From NCBI GenBank assembly GCA_963707905.1, contig CAVPSA010000020.1, positions 4,320 through 68,319 on the forward strand: 64,000 nt of DNA, given 5' to 3'. Each line of letters starts with the position of its first letter. The stretch's first letter is position 1. Below the pieces are notes generated by a model. That model ran no database searches. It was not told where the DNA came from and saw only the letters and a program-made list of their open reading frames with translations. Position numbers and translations under genes: made by a program. This document shows positions 38,331 to 49,000 of this stretch, piece after piece. The stretch comes from an uncultured Actinomycetes bacterium. Lineage in GTDB: Bacteria; Actinomycetota; Actinomycetes; Streptosporangiales; Streptosporangiaceae.

Positions 38331-39077
38331 GTGAGCGTTGGTGATGCCCTGGCGCAGGCGCGCAGCCAGGCCGGTCTCAGCGTTGCGCAGGTCAGTCAGC
38401 AGACCTGCATCAGGGAGACGATCATCCGGGGAATCGAGCGCGGCGACTTCTCGGCATGCGGTGGTGATTTCTACGCTCGGGGGCACATCCGCAGCATCGC
38501 GCGGGTGGTCGGGCTCGATCCCGAGGAGCTGGTTCGTGAGTACGACGCGATCCACGGCGCGCCGAACGCGATCACCGCTGCTGACGTCTTCGAGCCGTCG
38601 ACCCCGATCCGGCTGAAGGAGCGGCGCTCCGCGAACTGGAGCGTGGTGCTGGTCATCGCCCTGGCCGTGGCGCTCGGTTACGGCGTGTACCGGCTGGTCG
38701 ATCATGGCACCTCGCCCCGGCCTATCGCGGCCGCCGGCGGCACGCACCCCAAGGCGTCCAAGTCGCCGACCGCCAGGCCGTCGCCGGCCCCTTCCGCAGT
38801 GCATCACCGCCGCCTGACCATCCGGCTCACCGCCACGCAGGACTGCTGGGTGCAATTCACCAAACCGCACGGCCAGTTCCTGTTCCAGGTCTACGTGCTG
38901 AGTGGCAGCACGCGCACCTGGCGGTTCCGGCACGCGGTGTCCATGCAGATCGGCAACCCCGGCGGGATCGTACTCACGGTCAACGGCAGGGACCTGGGCC
39001 ATCCGGGTACCTACGGCCAGCCGGTGACGCTCAACTTCGGCCCGGGCCAGAAGCTGCCCCGCGCCGCCACGGGCTAG
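38331..39077 (+). CDS. RodZ-like HTH membrane protein (N-terminal XRE-type HTH, TM segment, C-terminal DUF4115-like domain)
   Basis: VSVGDALAQARSQAGLSVAQVSQQTCIRETIIRGIERGDFSACGGDFYARGHIRSIARVVGLDPEELVREYD. TM: WSVVLVIALAVALGYGVY. GTG at 38331 follows GGAGG. Confidence 0.75.
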   Translation: MSVGDALAQARSQAGLSVAQVSQQTCIRETIIRGIERGDFSACGGDFYARGHIRSIARVVGLDPEELVREYDAIHGAPNAITAADVFEPSTPIRLKERRSANWSVVLVIALAVALGYGVYRLVDHGTSPRPIAAAGGTHPKASKSPTARPSPAPSAVHHRRLTIRLTATQDCWVQFTKPHGQFLFQVYVLSGSTRTWRFRHAVSMQIGNPGGIVLTVNGRDLGHPGTYGQPVTLNFGPGQKLPRAATG

Positions 39078-39136
39078 CGGGCCGGCGGCAGCCGGTCCCG
39101 GCCAGCGCACGGGCGCGATTACCGTAGTCTGCCGGT

Positions 39137-40627
39137 GTGCCTTCGAGTCATTCATCCGTACCCGGGCGGCGCACCGTCAGCCTGGTCACATTGGGCTGCG
39201 CGCGCAACGAGGTTGACTCCGAGGAACTCGCGGGCAGGCTCGAAGCCGCCGGCTGGACCCTGACCGACCGGGACGAGGCCGCCGTGGTGCTCGTCAACAC
39301 CTGCGGTTTCATCGAGGCCGCCAAGCAGGAGTCCATCGCGGAACTGCTGGACGCGGGCGGCTCGGCGGCGAAGGTGGTGGCGGCGGGCTGCCTCGCCGAG
39401 CGGTACGGTTCCGAACTCGCCGGCGCCCTGCCGGAGGCGCAGGTCCTGAGCTTTGACGACTACGGCGACATCGGCGCCCGGCTGGACGCGGTCCTGGCGG
39501 GCGAACGGCGGCCCGCGCACGAGCCACGGGACCGGCGCCGGCTGCTTCCCATAGCCCCGCTGGGCCGGCGCGACGCGGCCGCGGGCCACGTCCCCGGGCA
39601 TGGCATACCTGGGCCCGGGCCGGCTCCTGATCTGCCCCCCGGCGTCGCACCGGCGTCCGGGCCCCGGGTGCTGCGGCGCCGCCTGGACGGCGGCCCGGTG
39701 GCTCCGCTCAAGATCGCCTCGGGTTGTGACCGGCGCTGCTCGTTCTGCGCGATTCCGGCCTTCCGCGGTGCCTTCCTGTCCCGCCCGCCCGCCGACGTGA
39801 TCGCCGAAGCGCAATGGCTGGCCAGCCAGGGAGCCCGCGAACTGTTCCTGGTCAGCGAGAACTCGACGTCCTACGGCAAGGACCTGGGGAACCTGCGGCT
39901 GCTCGACGAACTGCTCCCCGGCCTGGCGGCGGTTCCCGGCATCTCCCGGATCCGGGTCAGCTACCTGCAGCCCGCGGAGCTGCGCCCGGGACTGGTCGAC
40001 GTGATGACCTCCACCCCGGGCGTCGCGCCCTACTTCGACCTGTCGTTCCAGCACGCCAGCGGCCGGGTGCTGCGGGCGATGCGCAGATTCGGGGACGGCC
40101 CCAGGTTCTGCGCGCTGCTCGACCAGATCAGGGAGCGGTGCCCGGAGGCCGGCGTCCGGTCCAACTTCATCGTTGGTTTCCCCGGCGAGACCCCCGAGGA
40201 TGTCGCGGAACTCGAACAGTTCCTCTCCGACGCCCGCCTGGACGCGATCGGCATCTTCGGCTACTCCGACGAGGACGGCACCGAGGCCGCCTCGCTGGAC
40301 GGGCACGTGGATCCGGCGGAGATCGCGCGCCGGGCCGACGACCTGTCCGACCTCGCCGAGGAACTCATGGCCCAGCGCGCCGCCGAGCGGTGCGGCGAAA
40401 CCATCGATGTGCTCATCGAGGAGCCGCTGGGACCCCGCCGCTACCAGGGCCGCGCCGCGCACCAGGCACCCGAGGTGGACGGGGTGACGACCGTGCGGTC
40501 GTCGGCCCCGCTGACCGTCGGCGACATCGTCAGCGCCGTGGTGGTCGGGTCCGAGGGAGTGGACCTGGTGGCCGAGGCCCGCCTCAGCGCTCCGGCCGGG
40601 GCACCGGCCCGGGCGGGGATGCGTTGA
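39137..40627 (+). CDS. rimO: Ribosomal protein S12 methylthiotransferase RimO (radical SAM)
   Basis: [27 protein letters not shown] (MTTase N-terminal), [18 protein letters not shown] (CxxxCxxC), C-terminal TRAM domain. Confidence 0.9.
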   Translation: MPSSHSSVPGRRTVSLVTLGCARNEVDSEELAGRLEAAGWTLTDRDEAAVVLVNTCGFIEAAKQESIAELLDAGGSAAKVVAAGCLAERYGSELAGALPEAQVLSFDDYGDIGARLDAVLAGERRPAHEPRDRRRLLPIAPLGRRDAAAGHVPGHGIPGPGPAPDLPPGVAPASGPRVLRRRLDGGPVAPLKIASGCDRRCSFCAIPAFRGAFLSRPPADVIAEAQWLASQGARELFLVSENSTSYGKDLGNLRLLDELLPGLAAVPGISRIRVSYLQPAELRPGLVDVMTSTPGVAPYFDLSFQHASGRVLRAMRRFGDGPRFCALLDQIRERCPEAGVRSNFIVGFPGETPEDVAELEQFLSDARLDAIGIFGYSDEDGTEAASLDGHVDPAEIARRADDLSDLAEELMAQRAAERCGETIDVLIEEPLGPRRYQGRAAHQAPEVDGVTTVRSSAPLTVGDIVSAVVVGSEGVDLVAEARLSAPAGAPARAGMR

Positions 40628-40642
40628 CCCGGCGGGGCCGCG

Positions 40643-41260
40643 GTGACCGCCGAAGCTGAACCTCCGGCCCAGGGGGTCGCCGGCCCGGTGGTGCCGCCTC
40701 AGCCGGGGCTCGTCAACCTGGCCAACGCGCTGACCGTGATCCGCCTGGTGCTCGTCCCCGTGGTAGTGGCCTGCCTGCTGGCTGGCGGCACGGCCTGGCG
40801 GGTGGCGGCGTTCGTCGCGTTCGCCGCCGCCTCGGTCACCGACCTGCTGGACGGCCGCGTCGCCCGGAGCAGGGGGCTGATCACCGATTTCGGCAAGATC
40901 GCCGACCCGATCGCGGACAAGGCCCTCACCGGCGCGGCGCTGGTGACGCTGTCCTACCTCGGCTGGCTCCCGTGGTGGGTGACCATCGTGATTCTCGCCA
41001 GAGAGGTCGCCGTGACCGGGCTGCGGTTCTGGGTCATCAGGTACGGCGTGATCGCCGCGAGCCGGGGCGGGAAGCTCAAGACCCTCCTGCAGGTGCTGGC
41101 GATCTCGCTGTACATGCTGCCCGGGGTGCCGCAGTGGCTGCGAGCCGTGGTGATGGCCGCCGCGGTACTGGTCACCCTGGTTACCGGCGCCGACTATGCG
41201 ATACGAGCCGCACGGCTGCGCCGTCGGCCGGTCTCCGGCCGGGCCCGCCCGGCGCCTTGA
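40643..41260 (+). CDS. pgsA: CDP-diacylglycerol--glycerol-3-phosphate 3-phosphatidyltransferase
   Basis: CDP-alcohol phosphatidyltransferase motif DLLDGRVARSRGLITDFGKIADPIADK. Multi-TM protein. Confidence 0.88.
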   Translation: MTAEAEPPAQGVAGPVVPPQPGLVNLANALTVIRLVLVPVVVACLLAGGTAWRVAAFVAFAAASVTDLLDGRVARSRGLITDFGKIADPIADKALTGAALVTLSYLGWLPWWVTIVILAREVAVTGLRFWVIRYGVIAASRGGKLKTLLQVLAISLYMLPGVPQWLRAVVMAAAVLVTLVTGADYAIRAARLRRRPVSGRARPAP

Positions 41261-41261
41261 C

Positions 41262-41392
41262 GCACCGCCGGGCGGCTGGTGCCGGGGGAGGCGCGCGGCT
41301 GGTGCCGAGGGGCACCGCCGGGCGGCTGGTGCCGAGGGAGGCGCGCCGGGCGCCCTTGACGCACCACCCTGCGGCCGGTGCCGCCGGAGGCC
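41262..41392 (+). repeat. ~50-bp imperfect tandem repeat x ~2.7 in the pgsA-cinA spacer
   Basis: gcaccgccgggcggctggtgccg(g/a)gg(g)gaggcgcgc units start at 41262 and 41312, with a degenerate third copy at 41361 whose GGAGG serves as the cinA RBS. A flanking ccttgacgcacc motif is duplicated at ~41255 and ~41353. Confidence 0.8.
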
Positions 41393-41403
41393 ATGATGGT
41401 CCC

Positions 41404-41889
41404 GTGGACTCACCCGGCGACCTGGCGGCCCGGATCGTGAGCGTGCTGGGGGAGCGCGGCCAGACCCTCGCCACCGCCGAGTCACTCACCGGTGGCATGC
41501 TCGGCGCGGCCATCACCGCGATTCCGGGTGCCTCGGCGGTGTACCGCGGCGGCATCGTCGCCTACGCGACCGAGCTCAAGACGGTGCTCCTCGGCGTCCC
41601 CGCCGACCTGCTGGCCCGGCATGGCCCGGTCCACCCCGATGTGGCCGCGGCCATGGCAGCGGGCGCCCGGGACCGGCTCGGCGCCACCTGGGGCCTGGCC
41701 ACGACGGGTGTGGCGGGGCCGGATCCCGTGGCCGGGCTTCCGCCCGGCACCGTGCACATCGGGGCCAGCGCAGGCGTGCCGGTCACCCGGGCCCTGGCCC
41801 TGGCCGGCGGGCGTAACGACATCCGGCGGGACACTGTCGGAGAAGCCCTGAAACTGCTGTGGAAGCTGCTACGGGAAGATGATCCCTGA
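41404..41889 (+). CDS. CinA-family C-terminal domain protein (PncC-like nicotinamide-nucleotide amidase)
   Basis: TLATAESLTGGMLGAAITAIPGASAVYRGGIVAYATELKTVLLGVP...GLATTGVAGP. GTG at 41404 follows GGAGG. Confidence 0.8.
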   Translation: MDSPGDLAARIVSVLGERGQTLATAESLTGGMLGAAITAIPGASAVYRGGIVAYATELKTVLLGVPADLLARHGPVHPDVAAAMAAGARDRLGATWGLATTGVAGPDPVAGLPPGTVHIGASAGVPVTRALALAGGRNDIRRDTVGEALKLLWKLLREDDP

Positions 41890-41997
41890 TTACAGCGTTA
41901 CGTCATCAGCGAACATGGCTCCGCCTGCACTCCCCGAGTGTCGGTGAGGCCAGGTACCGTGGGGACTGCCAGACTCACTTCGCGAAGGGAGCGCGAC

Positions 41998-42522
41998 ATG
42001 GTCCTGCTACGTCACTTGCTCGGTGACGCGCTGCGGCGGCTACGCCTGCGCCAGGGTCGTACCCTCCGTGAGGTGTCCGCCGCTGCCCGGGTATCCCTGG
42101 GCTACCTGTCCGAAGTCGAGCGCGGCCAGAAGGAGGCGTCCTCGGAGCTTCTCGCGGCAATCTGCGGCGCGCTGGAAACCCCGCTGTCCCAGGTCTTCCG
42201 TGAGGTGTCGGACAACTTCGCCCTGGCAGAACTGCAGAGTGAGCCGGTTCTTTCCGGTACCAGGGAGCCGTCGCTGCGGGCAGCCAAGGATCCCGCGCTC
42301 ACCCCGCCGGTGGTGCGCTCCTTCGGTGGTGCCGTGCCGGCGTCGCTCAACCTGGCCACCGCGCCCGAGCTGGGCGACGGTGCCAAGCTGGGCGAGGGCG
42401 CGAAGCTGGGCGACGGCGCCGAGCCTGTCATCAGCACCATCAAGCTGCCCAGCGGTCACCAGGCCGGGTACGACGACGTGGCCCGCCGGATCCGCGACAT
42501 CACCGACATGGTGCCGGTCTGA
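41998..42522 (+). CDS. ClgR-like XRE-family HTH transcriptional regulator with a long C-terminal extension
   Basis: [56 protein letters not shown] matches the ClgR/PopR-type HTH. Its position between cinA and the recA region is syntenic with other actinobacteria. Confidence 0.75.
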   Translation: MVLLRHLLGDALRRLRLRQGRTLREVSAAARVSLGYLSEVERGQKEASSELLAAICGALETPLSQVFREVSDNFALAELQSEPVLSGTREPSLRAAKDPALTPPVVRSFGGAVPASLNLATAPELGDGAKLGEGAKLGDGAEPVISTIKLPSGHQAGYDDVARRIRDITDMVPV

Positions 42523-42614
42523 GGGCTGCCTCAGCCTGCTCGTCGGCGGGACCTCCATCGGGCTTAGGTGCGGTGGCTTGGCCTAGCGGCGGTGGTTTGG
42601 CGAAGGCCGCGGGG

Positions 42615-43073
42615 TTAGGCCCAGGCGCGGGGGTCGTTGATCAGTTCGCGGACCCGGGCGGGGAGTTCGCCGGTGACGATGTGGTCGAGGGTGACCTCAT
42701 CGAGGATGGCCCGCTCGTTGGCACGCAGCGCGATCCAGACGCTCTGCAGTGGCTCGGCTGCGCCGATATAGCCGAGGTTCTCCGGGCGCTCGCCACGCAC
42801 CCCGACAAGCTGCCCGTCCACGGCGCGGATGATGTCGGCCAGCGAGATCTCATTGGCGGGCTTCGCCAGCCAGAATCCTCCCTCGGGGCCACGCTGGCTG
42901 CGCACCAGCCCGGCCCGGCGCAGCTGGGTCAGGATCGCCTCAAGGAACTTCGCCGGGATGTTCTGCGCCCGTGCCAGCTGCTCGGCCGTGGTGTGATCCC
43001 CACTGGAGGCGGCCAGTTCCACGGCTGCACGCAGAGCGTAATCAGCACGGGCAGACAATCTCATGCCCAGCAT
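42615..43073 (-). CDS. Rrf2-family transcriptional regulator
   Basis: MRLSARADYALRAAVELAA...TTAEQLARAQNIPAKFLEAILTQLRRAGLVRSQRGPEGGFWLAKP. Divergent from the P450 gene. Confidence 0.85.
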   Translation of the reverse strand: MLGMRLSARADYALRAAVELAASSGDHTTAEQLARAQNIPAKFLEAILTQLRRAGLVRSQRGPEGGFWLAKPANEISLADIIRAVDGQLVGVRGERPENLGYIGAAEPLQSVWIALRANERAILDEVTLDHIVTGELPARVRELINDPRAWA

Positions 43074-43153
43074 TATGGCCCTTATGACGGAGTGGATGGT
43101 GCACCGGCCGGTACGGCACGCCGTCGGCGGCGCCCTGGCAACGGTCAGATACC

Positions 43154-44665
43154 GTGGTCAAAGTGACCTTCCGTGACCAGAATGGAGGCGCTTGCACCGC
43201 TTCCGGCCCGGGTGCGTTCCCGCTGGGTGCGGCCATCACCCTGGCGGATCTTGACCACGACCCGCACCCCCGGCTGGCCCGCCTCCGGGACACCGAACCG
43301 GTCTCCTGGCTGCCTGCCCTGCACGGCTGGCTGGTCACCAGGCACGACCTCGCGGTCGCCGTCATGCGGGACAGCGTGGCCTTCACGGTGGACGACCCGA
43401 GGTTCTCCACGGCCCGCGTCGTCGGGCCGAGCATGCTCTCCCTGGACGGTGCCGCGCACGGCCGTCACCGCGCCCCGTTCACCAGGGGCTTCGGCCGTGC
43501 CGAGATTCACGCCCGGCTGGCCGCGTTCGTGGTGGCGGAAGCCGATCGCCTGGTGGCGGCGATGCGGCCCGGCGGCGCCGCGGACCTGCGGCGCGGCCTG
43601 GCCGGCCCGCTGGCCGTGGCGGTCGTGGCCGAGGCCCTCGGCCTGGGTGACGCCGACCCCGCGACGGTGCTCGACTGGTACGCGGCGATCGTCGGCTCTG
43701 TGTCCGCCCTGACCGGTGAGCACGGCCCGGTCCCGGGCGGCGGCGATGCCCGCGAGGACGGGGCCCGCGAGGACGAGGTGCGCGAGGACCAGGTCCGGCG
43801 GGACCGGGCCCGTGTGGCCGGGGCCGAGGCGTTCGGCTCGCTGAGCGCGCGGCTCACCGCGGTGATCGGATCGGTCCGCGAGCCGCCGTCGCTCCTTGCC
43901 GCGGCGGCCGGCGCCCGCGTGAACGGCACGCCGGTGGCCACCGTGGACGGCACGCCGCGGTGCCGGACGGTCCGGGCGGTTGCCGTGGACAGCACGGCGG
44001 CGGCTGCCGTGGACAGCACGGCGGCGGCTGCCGTGGACAGCACGGCGGCGGCTGCCGTGGACGGCACGGCGGCGGCTGCCGTGGACAGCACGGCGGAGAA
44101 CAGCGGCGGCGCCGGGACCGCTTCCCCGGCGCTGACCACCGCCGAGGTCATCTCCAACGCGGCAGTGATCATGTTCGGCGGCATCGAGACCACCGAGGGC
44201 ATGATCAGCAACGTCATCCTTCATCTGCTCCGGCACCCCGGCCAGCTGGCTCTGGTCCGCGAGGATCCGGGTCTGGTGCCGGGCGCGGTGGAGGAGTCCC
44301 TGCGGCTGGAACCCGCGGCCGCCGTGGTGGACCGCTACGCCACCCGCGACGTCACGCTCGCCGGCGCCCGGATCCGTGCGGGCGACCTGGTCACGGTCTC
44401 GCTGGCCGGGGCCGGCCGGGATCCTGCCGTGTATCCGGACCCGGACACGTTCGACGTGCGCAGATCCAACGCCAGGCTGAACCTTGCCTTCGCTCATGGC
44501 CCGCACTTCTGCCTGGGGGCCCATCTGGCCAGGCTGGAGGCACAGGCTGCGGTCCGCGCCGTGCTCACGCTGCCGGAACTGCGCCTCGACCCGGCGCACC
44601 CAGCCGCGCCGCGCGGGCTGGTGTTCCGCAAGCCGCCGTCGTTGCGCGTACGGTGGGCCGCCTGA
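43154..44665 (+). CDS. Cytochrome P450 with a ~100-aa low-complexity/tandem-repeat insertion
   Basis: Heme loop FAHGPHFCLGAHLARLE, I-helix-like AAVIMFGGIETTEG, ExxR (EESLRLEP). The inserted segment DAREDGAREDEVREDQVRRDR...(VDSTAAAA)n lies between the N-terminal half and the I-helix. Confidence 0.85.
   Translation: MVKVTFRDQNGGACTASGPGAFPLGAAITLADLDHDPHPRLARLRDTEPVSWLPALHGWLVTRHDLAVAVMRDSVAFTVDDPRFSTARVVGPSMLSLDGAAHGRHRAPFTRGFGRAEIHARLAAFVVAEADRLVAAMRPGGAADLRRGLAGPLAVAVVAEALGLGDADPATVLDWYAAIVGSVSALTGEHGPVPGGGDAREDGAREDEVREDQVRRDRARVAGAEAFGSLSARLTAVIGSVREPPSLLAAAAGARVNGTPVATVDGTPRCRTVRAVAVDSTAAAAVDSTAAAAVDSTAAAAVDGTAAAAVDSTAENSGGAGTASPALTTAEVISNAAVIMFGGIETTEGMISNVILHLLRHPGQLALVREDPGLVPGAVEESLRLEPAAAVVDRYATRDVTLAGARIRAGDLVTVSLAGAGRDPAVYPDPDTFDVRRSNARLNLAFAHGPHFCLGAHLARLEAQAAVRAVLTLPELRLDPAHPAAPRGLVFRKPPSLRVRWAA
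43982..44096 (+). repeat. In-frame 24-nt tandem repeat x ~4.8 (gccgtggacagcacggcggcggct) encoding (AVDSTAAA)n
   Basis: Units at 43982, 44006, 44030, 44054 and 44078 (partial). One unit has agc to ggc. Confidence 0.9.
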
Positions 44666-44686
44666 CCACGTGCGGAGTCGGCCGGC

Positions 44687-46024
44687 TCAGCCGCGCAGGC
44701 GCAGGCCGCGGGGGGTCGGCCGGAAACCCGCATCGGCGAGGGCCTGGGCCAGCGGCGTGTCGTAGACCCCGGTGCCGTCGGCCCGCTCCACGGTGAGACG
44801 GCCCAGCGCACCGCCCCGCACCGCCTCGGCAAGCCCCGCCGCCGCCGGGACGAGCACCGCCGGGTCGCTGGTCCAGGAGAGCAGGGTCTTGCCGCCGCGC
44901 TCCACATAGAGCACGAGCTTCCCATCGGACAGCACCACGAGCGCGCCCGCCTTGCGGCCGGGACGGTGTGCCCCGGGCACCTCGCCGGGCCGTGGCGGCC
45001 AGGGCAGGGCCGCGCCGAACGCGTTCGCCGGGTCCGCCGCCGCGAGCACCGTGACCGGCGGCCCGGTCCCCGCGGTTGCGTTCCCCGAAGGTCCGGTGCC
45101 CCCGGAAAGCCCGGTGCCTGTCGCCGCGGTTGCGGTCCCGGCGCCCCCATCCCAGGCCGCTGGGTCTCGGGCTGCGGCAGTCCCGCTCGCGGCCCCGCCG
45201 CGCCCGCCGCCAAAGGCCTCCGCGTCTCCGGCTGCGGTGGTCCCGCTCGTGGCCCCGTCGCGCCCGCCGCCAAAGGCCTCCGCGTCTCCTGCCGGAGCAC
45301 CCCAGGCCGCTGGGTCTCCCGCCGCGGCGCTCCCCGCTGCCGGGTCACCGGTTCCGGCGCCCTCATCGGCCCAGATGGCGCCCTCCGGCCAGGAAACTCC
45401 CTCCGGCCAAGCCGGACCCGCCGGCTGGGCAGCACCCGGGAGCCCGGCGGCACCCGCCGGGCGGGCAGCGGCCGCCGGCCGGGAAACAGCGCCGGCCGGC
45501 AGCGGGCCAGTCGGCGGCGGCTGGCCGGGCCAGCGTGGCTGCCCGGTACCGGCGGGCGGGCCGGCCGCGGCCGCCTCCTGGGCCGAGGCGACAGCCCGCA
45601 TCCGGTCCACCGCGCCGGGCAGGGCGAACTGCGCCGCGCCGAGCCCCTCCACGAAGTACCCGCGACGGCACTGCCCGGCCTCCTCCATGGCCCGCAGCAC
45701 CGGGTACAGCGCACCGAACCCTCCGGGTACGCGCTCGGCCACCACCGAGCCACGGGTGACGATGCCGTGCCGGTCGAGCAGTGCCTGCGCGATGGCGTGC
45801 GAGCGCCGGGTGGGGTCGGGATCCCGGTCGGGCAGCAGCGACCACCGCCCGGTCACCGTCGGCGGCCCGGTCCGCGTGGGCACCACCGGCCGGCCGTACC
45901 CGCGCCTGCGGGCACCGATCCGGCCCGAACGGCCCGCCATCCTAATGCTGCTCCCCGGGGCCACACCGGCGCCGCCGGGCCCCCGGCGCCGGGCCCGCGC
46001 CACCCTGGCCCGCGCCGGGGCCAC
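44687..46024 (-). CDS. lhr: Lhr C-terminal segment in a separate, overlapping reading frame (probable frameshifted continuation of lhr)
   Basis: TGPPTVTGRWSLLPDRDPDPTRRSHAIAQALLDRHGIVTRGSVVAERVPGGFGALYPVLRAMEEAG...GFRPTPRGLRLRG is the conserved Lhr tail as I recall it from mycobacterial Lhr. Overlaps the upstream ORF by 83 nt in the +1 frame. Confidence 0.7.
   Translation of the reverse strand: MAPARARVARARRRGPGGAGVAPGSSIRMAGRSGRIGARRRGYGRPVVPTRTGPPTVTGRWSLLPDRDPDPTRRSHAIAQALLDRHGIVTRGSVVAERVPGGFGALYPVLRAMEEAGQCRRGYFVEGLGAAQFALPGAVDRMRAVASAQEAAAAGPPAGTGQPRWPGQPPPTGPLPAGAVSRPAAAARPAGAAGLPGAAQPAGPAWPEGVSWPEGAIWADEGAGTGDPAAGSAAAGDPAAWGAPAGDAEAFGGGRDGATSGTTAAGDAEAFGGGRGGAASGTAAARDPAAWDGGAGTATAATGTGLSGGTGPSGNATAGTGPPVTVLAAADPANAFGAALPWPPRPGEVPGAHRPGRKAGALVVLSDGKLVLYVERGGKTLLSWTSDPAVLVPAAAGLAEAVRGGALGRLTVERADGTGVYDTPLAQALADAGFRPTPRGLRLRG
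45181..45292 (-). repeat. 60-nt tandem duplication inside the Lhr C-terminal low-complexity insert (encodes AAGDAEAFGGGR(D/G)GA(T/A)SGT x2)
   Basis: Plus-strand unit tcccgctcg(c/t)ggccccg(c/t)cgcgcccgccgccaaaggcctccgcgtctcc... at 45181 and 45241. Confidence 0.85.
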
Positions 46025-49000
46025 GGGCGCCGCCGTTCACCCCGGAACCGGTTCCAGCCAGCGGGCCCGGCGCCGCGGGGACCGCCTGCCGTCCCGGCGG
46101 AACCCCGTCGAACACCGGCCGGCCGGTACCGAGAACCGTGCGCAACGGCGCCAGCGTGTCGTTGGTCAGCCGCCCCGCCCAGACCAGGTCCCAGATCGCC
46201 GCCGCCACGGCCATATCGGACAGCCCGCGCCAGTCATGGTCCCTGAGCATCCCGGCGACCCGGTCGGCCAGCATGCGGAAGAACAGGCCGCCGCCCCCCT
46301 CAAGCACCGCAAGGACCGCGTCATGCACCGGGGTCATGGTGATCTCGGCGGGCGGCGGCAACAGCAGCGGCACCGCCTGTGCGGGCGCGAGCACCACCCA
46401 GCCGTCCCCGCCCGGCAGCCCGCCCGCGCCGGACCACACGATCTCCCCGGCGGCGGTCAGTTCATCGAGCACGGCGGGCTGATAACCGCGAACCCGGCCG
46501 GGAAGCACGAGCGTCTCAAGCGCCGAGGCTGGCAGCGCCGCCCCGGCGAGCTGATCGACCACGTCGAAGACCGCATCCGCGCTGGCCGGGCGCCAGCCAC
46601 CGGCGGCCCGCCCGGCCGCGCCGCGGCGCGGGCCTCCGGCGGGCTGGCCCGCGTTCTGCCAGGCAGGCAGGAACGCCGCAAGTGCCTCCGGTGGCGCGGG
46701 CTCGACCTCCTTGCGGAGCTTGGCCAGGCAGCGGCGGCGCAGCATGCGGAGCACCTCCGCGTCGCACCACTCGGTGCCCCGGCCGCCGGGCACGAACTCG
46801 CCCTCGACGACTCGGTGCTCCGCGGCCAGGCGGTGCAGCGTGCCGGTGATGACCGCCACGCCCAGTCCGTACCTGGCGGCCGCCGCCGGTGCGGTGAACG
46901 GCCCATGGCCGCGGGCGTATCTGGCCACCAGGTCACCGAGCGGGTCGGGGACCGGCTCGGTGAACGCCACGGGCACCCCGGGCGGCAGCGGTACCCCGAG
47001 CGCGTCCCGCAGCCGGCCGGCGTCCTCGATGGCGGCCCACCGGGCCTCCCCGCCGATCCGCACCTCGATCGCCCGCCGGGAGGCGTCCAGCTCGGCCAGC
47101 CAGCCCCCGGCCATGCCCGGCTCGGCGCAGCGCTGCGCGACCTCCGCCGGTGACAGCGGCCCGATGACCCGGAGCAGATCGGCCACGGCCTCCAGGCTGC
47201 GGCAGGCGCGCTCGGCGGTGAGCCGCTGCAGTTCCGCCTCCACCTGGCCGACAACCGCAGGGTCGAGCAGCTCCCGCAGATCCGCCTGGCCGAGCAGTTC
47301 GGCCAGCAGCGAGGAGTCGAGTGCCAGCGCCTGCGCCCGGCGCTCGGCCAGCGGCGAGTCGCCCTCGTACATGAACGCGCCGACGTAGCTGAACAGCAGC
47401 GACCTGGCGAACGGAGAAGGGGCCGGAGTCTCCACCTCGACCAGCCGGACCTTGCGGCTGGCCAGGTCGCGCATCAGGCCGGCCAGGGCGGGCACGTCGA
47501 AGGTGTCCTGCAGGCATTCCCTGACCGTCTCAAGCACGACGGGGAACGTGCCGTACTTGGACGCCACGGCGAGCAGCTGGGCCGACCGCTGCCGCTGCTG
47601 CCACAGCGGGGACCGGTGGCCCGGCCGGCGCCGGGGCAGCAGCAGCGAACGGGCCGCGCACTCACGGAATCTGGACGCGAACAGCGCCGACCCGCCGAGC
47701 TCCGCGGTGACGAGCGGCTCGACCTCCTCGGCCGCCAGCTCGGCGATGCCGGCCGGCGGTGGCTCGTCGGTGTCCGGCACCCGCAGCACGATCCCGTCGT
47801 CGGTGTGCAGCGCCTGCACGTCCATGCCCTCGTAGCGCTCCCTGAGCCGCGCGGCGATCGCCAGCGCCCACGGCGCGTGCACCCGGGCCCCGTACGGGCT
47901 GTGCAGCACCAGCCGCCAGTCCCCGAGTTCGTCACGGAACCGCTCCATCACCAGCGTGCGGTCGTCGGGCAGGTAGCCGGTGGCCTCGCGCTGGCCGTCC
48001 AGGTACCGGATCAGGTTCTGCGCCGCCAGATCGTCCAATCCAGCAATACGCAGCCTCGTCGCAGCCTCCTCCCGGCCCGCTGCGGCGATTTCCCGGCAGA
48101 ACGCGCCCACCGCCCGGCCCAGTTCCGCGGGGCGGCCCATCGTGTCCCCGTGCCAGAACGGGAGCCTGCCCGGCTGCCCCGGCGCGGGGGAGACCAGCAC
48201 CTGGTCGGCGGTGATGTCCTCGATCCGCCAGGAACTGGCACCGAGCACGAACACGTCGCCGACCCGCGACTCGTACACCATCTCCTCGTCGAGTTCGCCG
48301 ACGCGGTGCGAGTTGCGGCCCTGACGCTGCGGGCCGGCCAGGAACACCCCGAACAGGCCCCGGTCGGGGATGGTGCCGCCGCTGGTCACCGCGAGCCGCT
48401 GCGCGCCAGGCCGGCCGCGCAAGGTGCCCGTCGTGCGGTCCCAGATCAGCCGGGGGCGCAGCTCCGCGAACTCCTCGCTCGGGTAGCGGCCCGCCAGCAT
48501 GTCAAGCACCGCGTCGAGCACGCCCCTGGTGAGCCCGCTGAACGGGGCCGCACGCCGGACCAGCCGCTCCACGTCGCCGACCTGCCAGTCGTCCATCGCC
48601 ACCATGGCGACGATCTGCTGGGCGAGCACGTCGAGCGGGTTGCGCGGCACGCGGAGTTCCTCGATCTCACCGTCCCGCATGCGCTGCACGACCACGGTCG
48701 CCTCGACCAGGTCACCCGGGTACTTCGGAAAGATCACGCTGCGGGACACGTCGCCCACCCGGTGGCCGGCCCGGCCGGTGCGCTGCAGCCCGCTCGCCAC
48801 CGACGGCGCGGACTCCACCTGGATGACCAGGTCCACGGCGCCCATGTCGATGCCGAGTTCCAGGCTGGACGTGGCCACCACGGCGGGGAGCCGCCCCGCC
48901 TTCAGTGCCTCCTCGATCTGCGCCCGCTCCTGCCGGGACACCGAGCCGTGATGTGCGCGGGCCACCTCGGCCGGGGCACCCGCCGCGGCGCCGGACTGCG

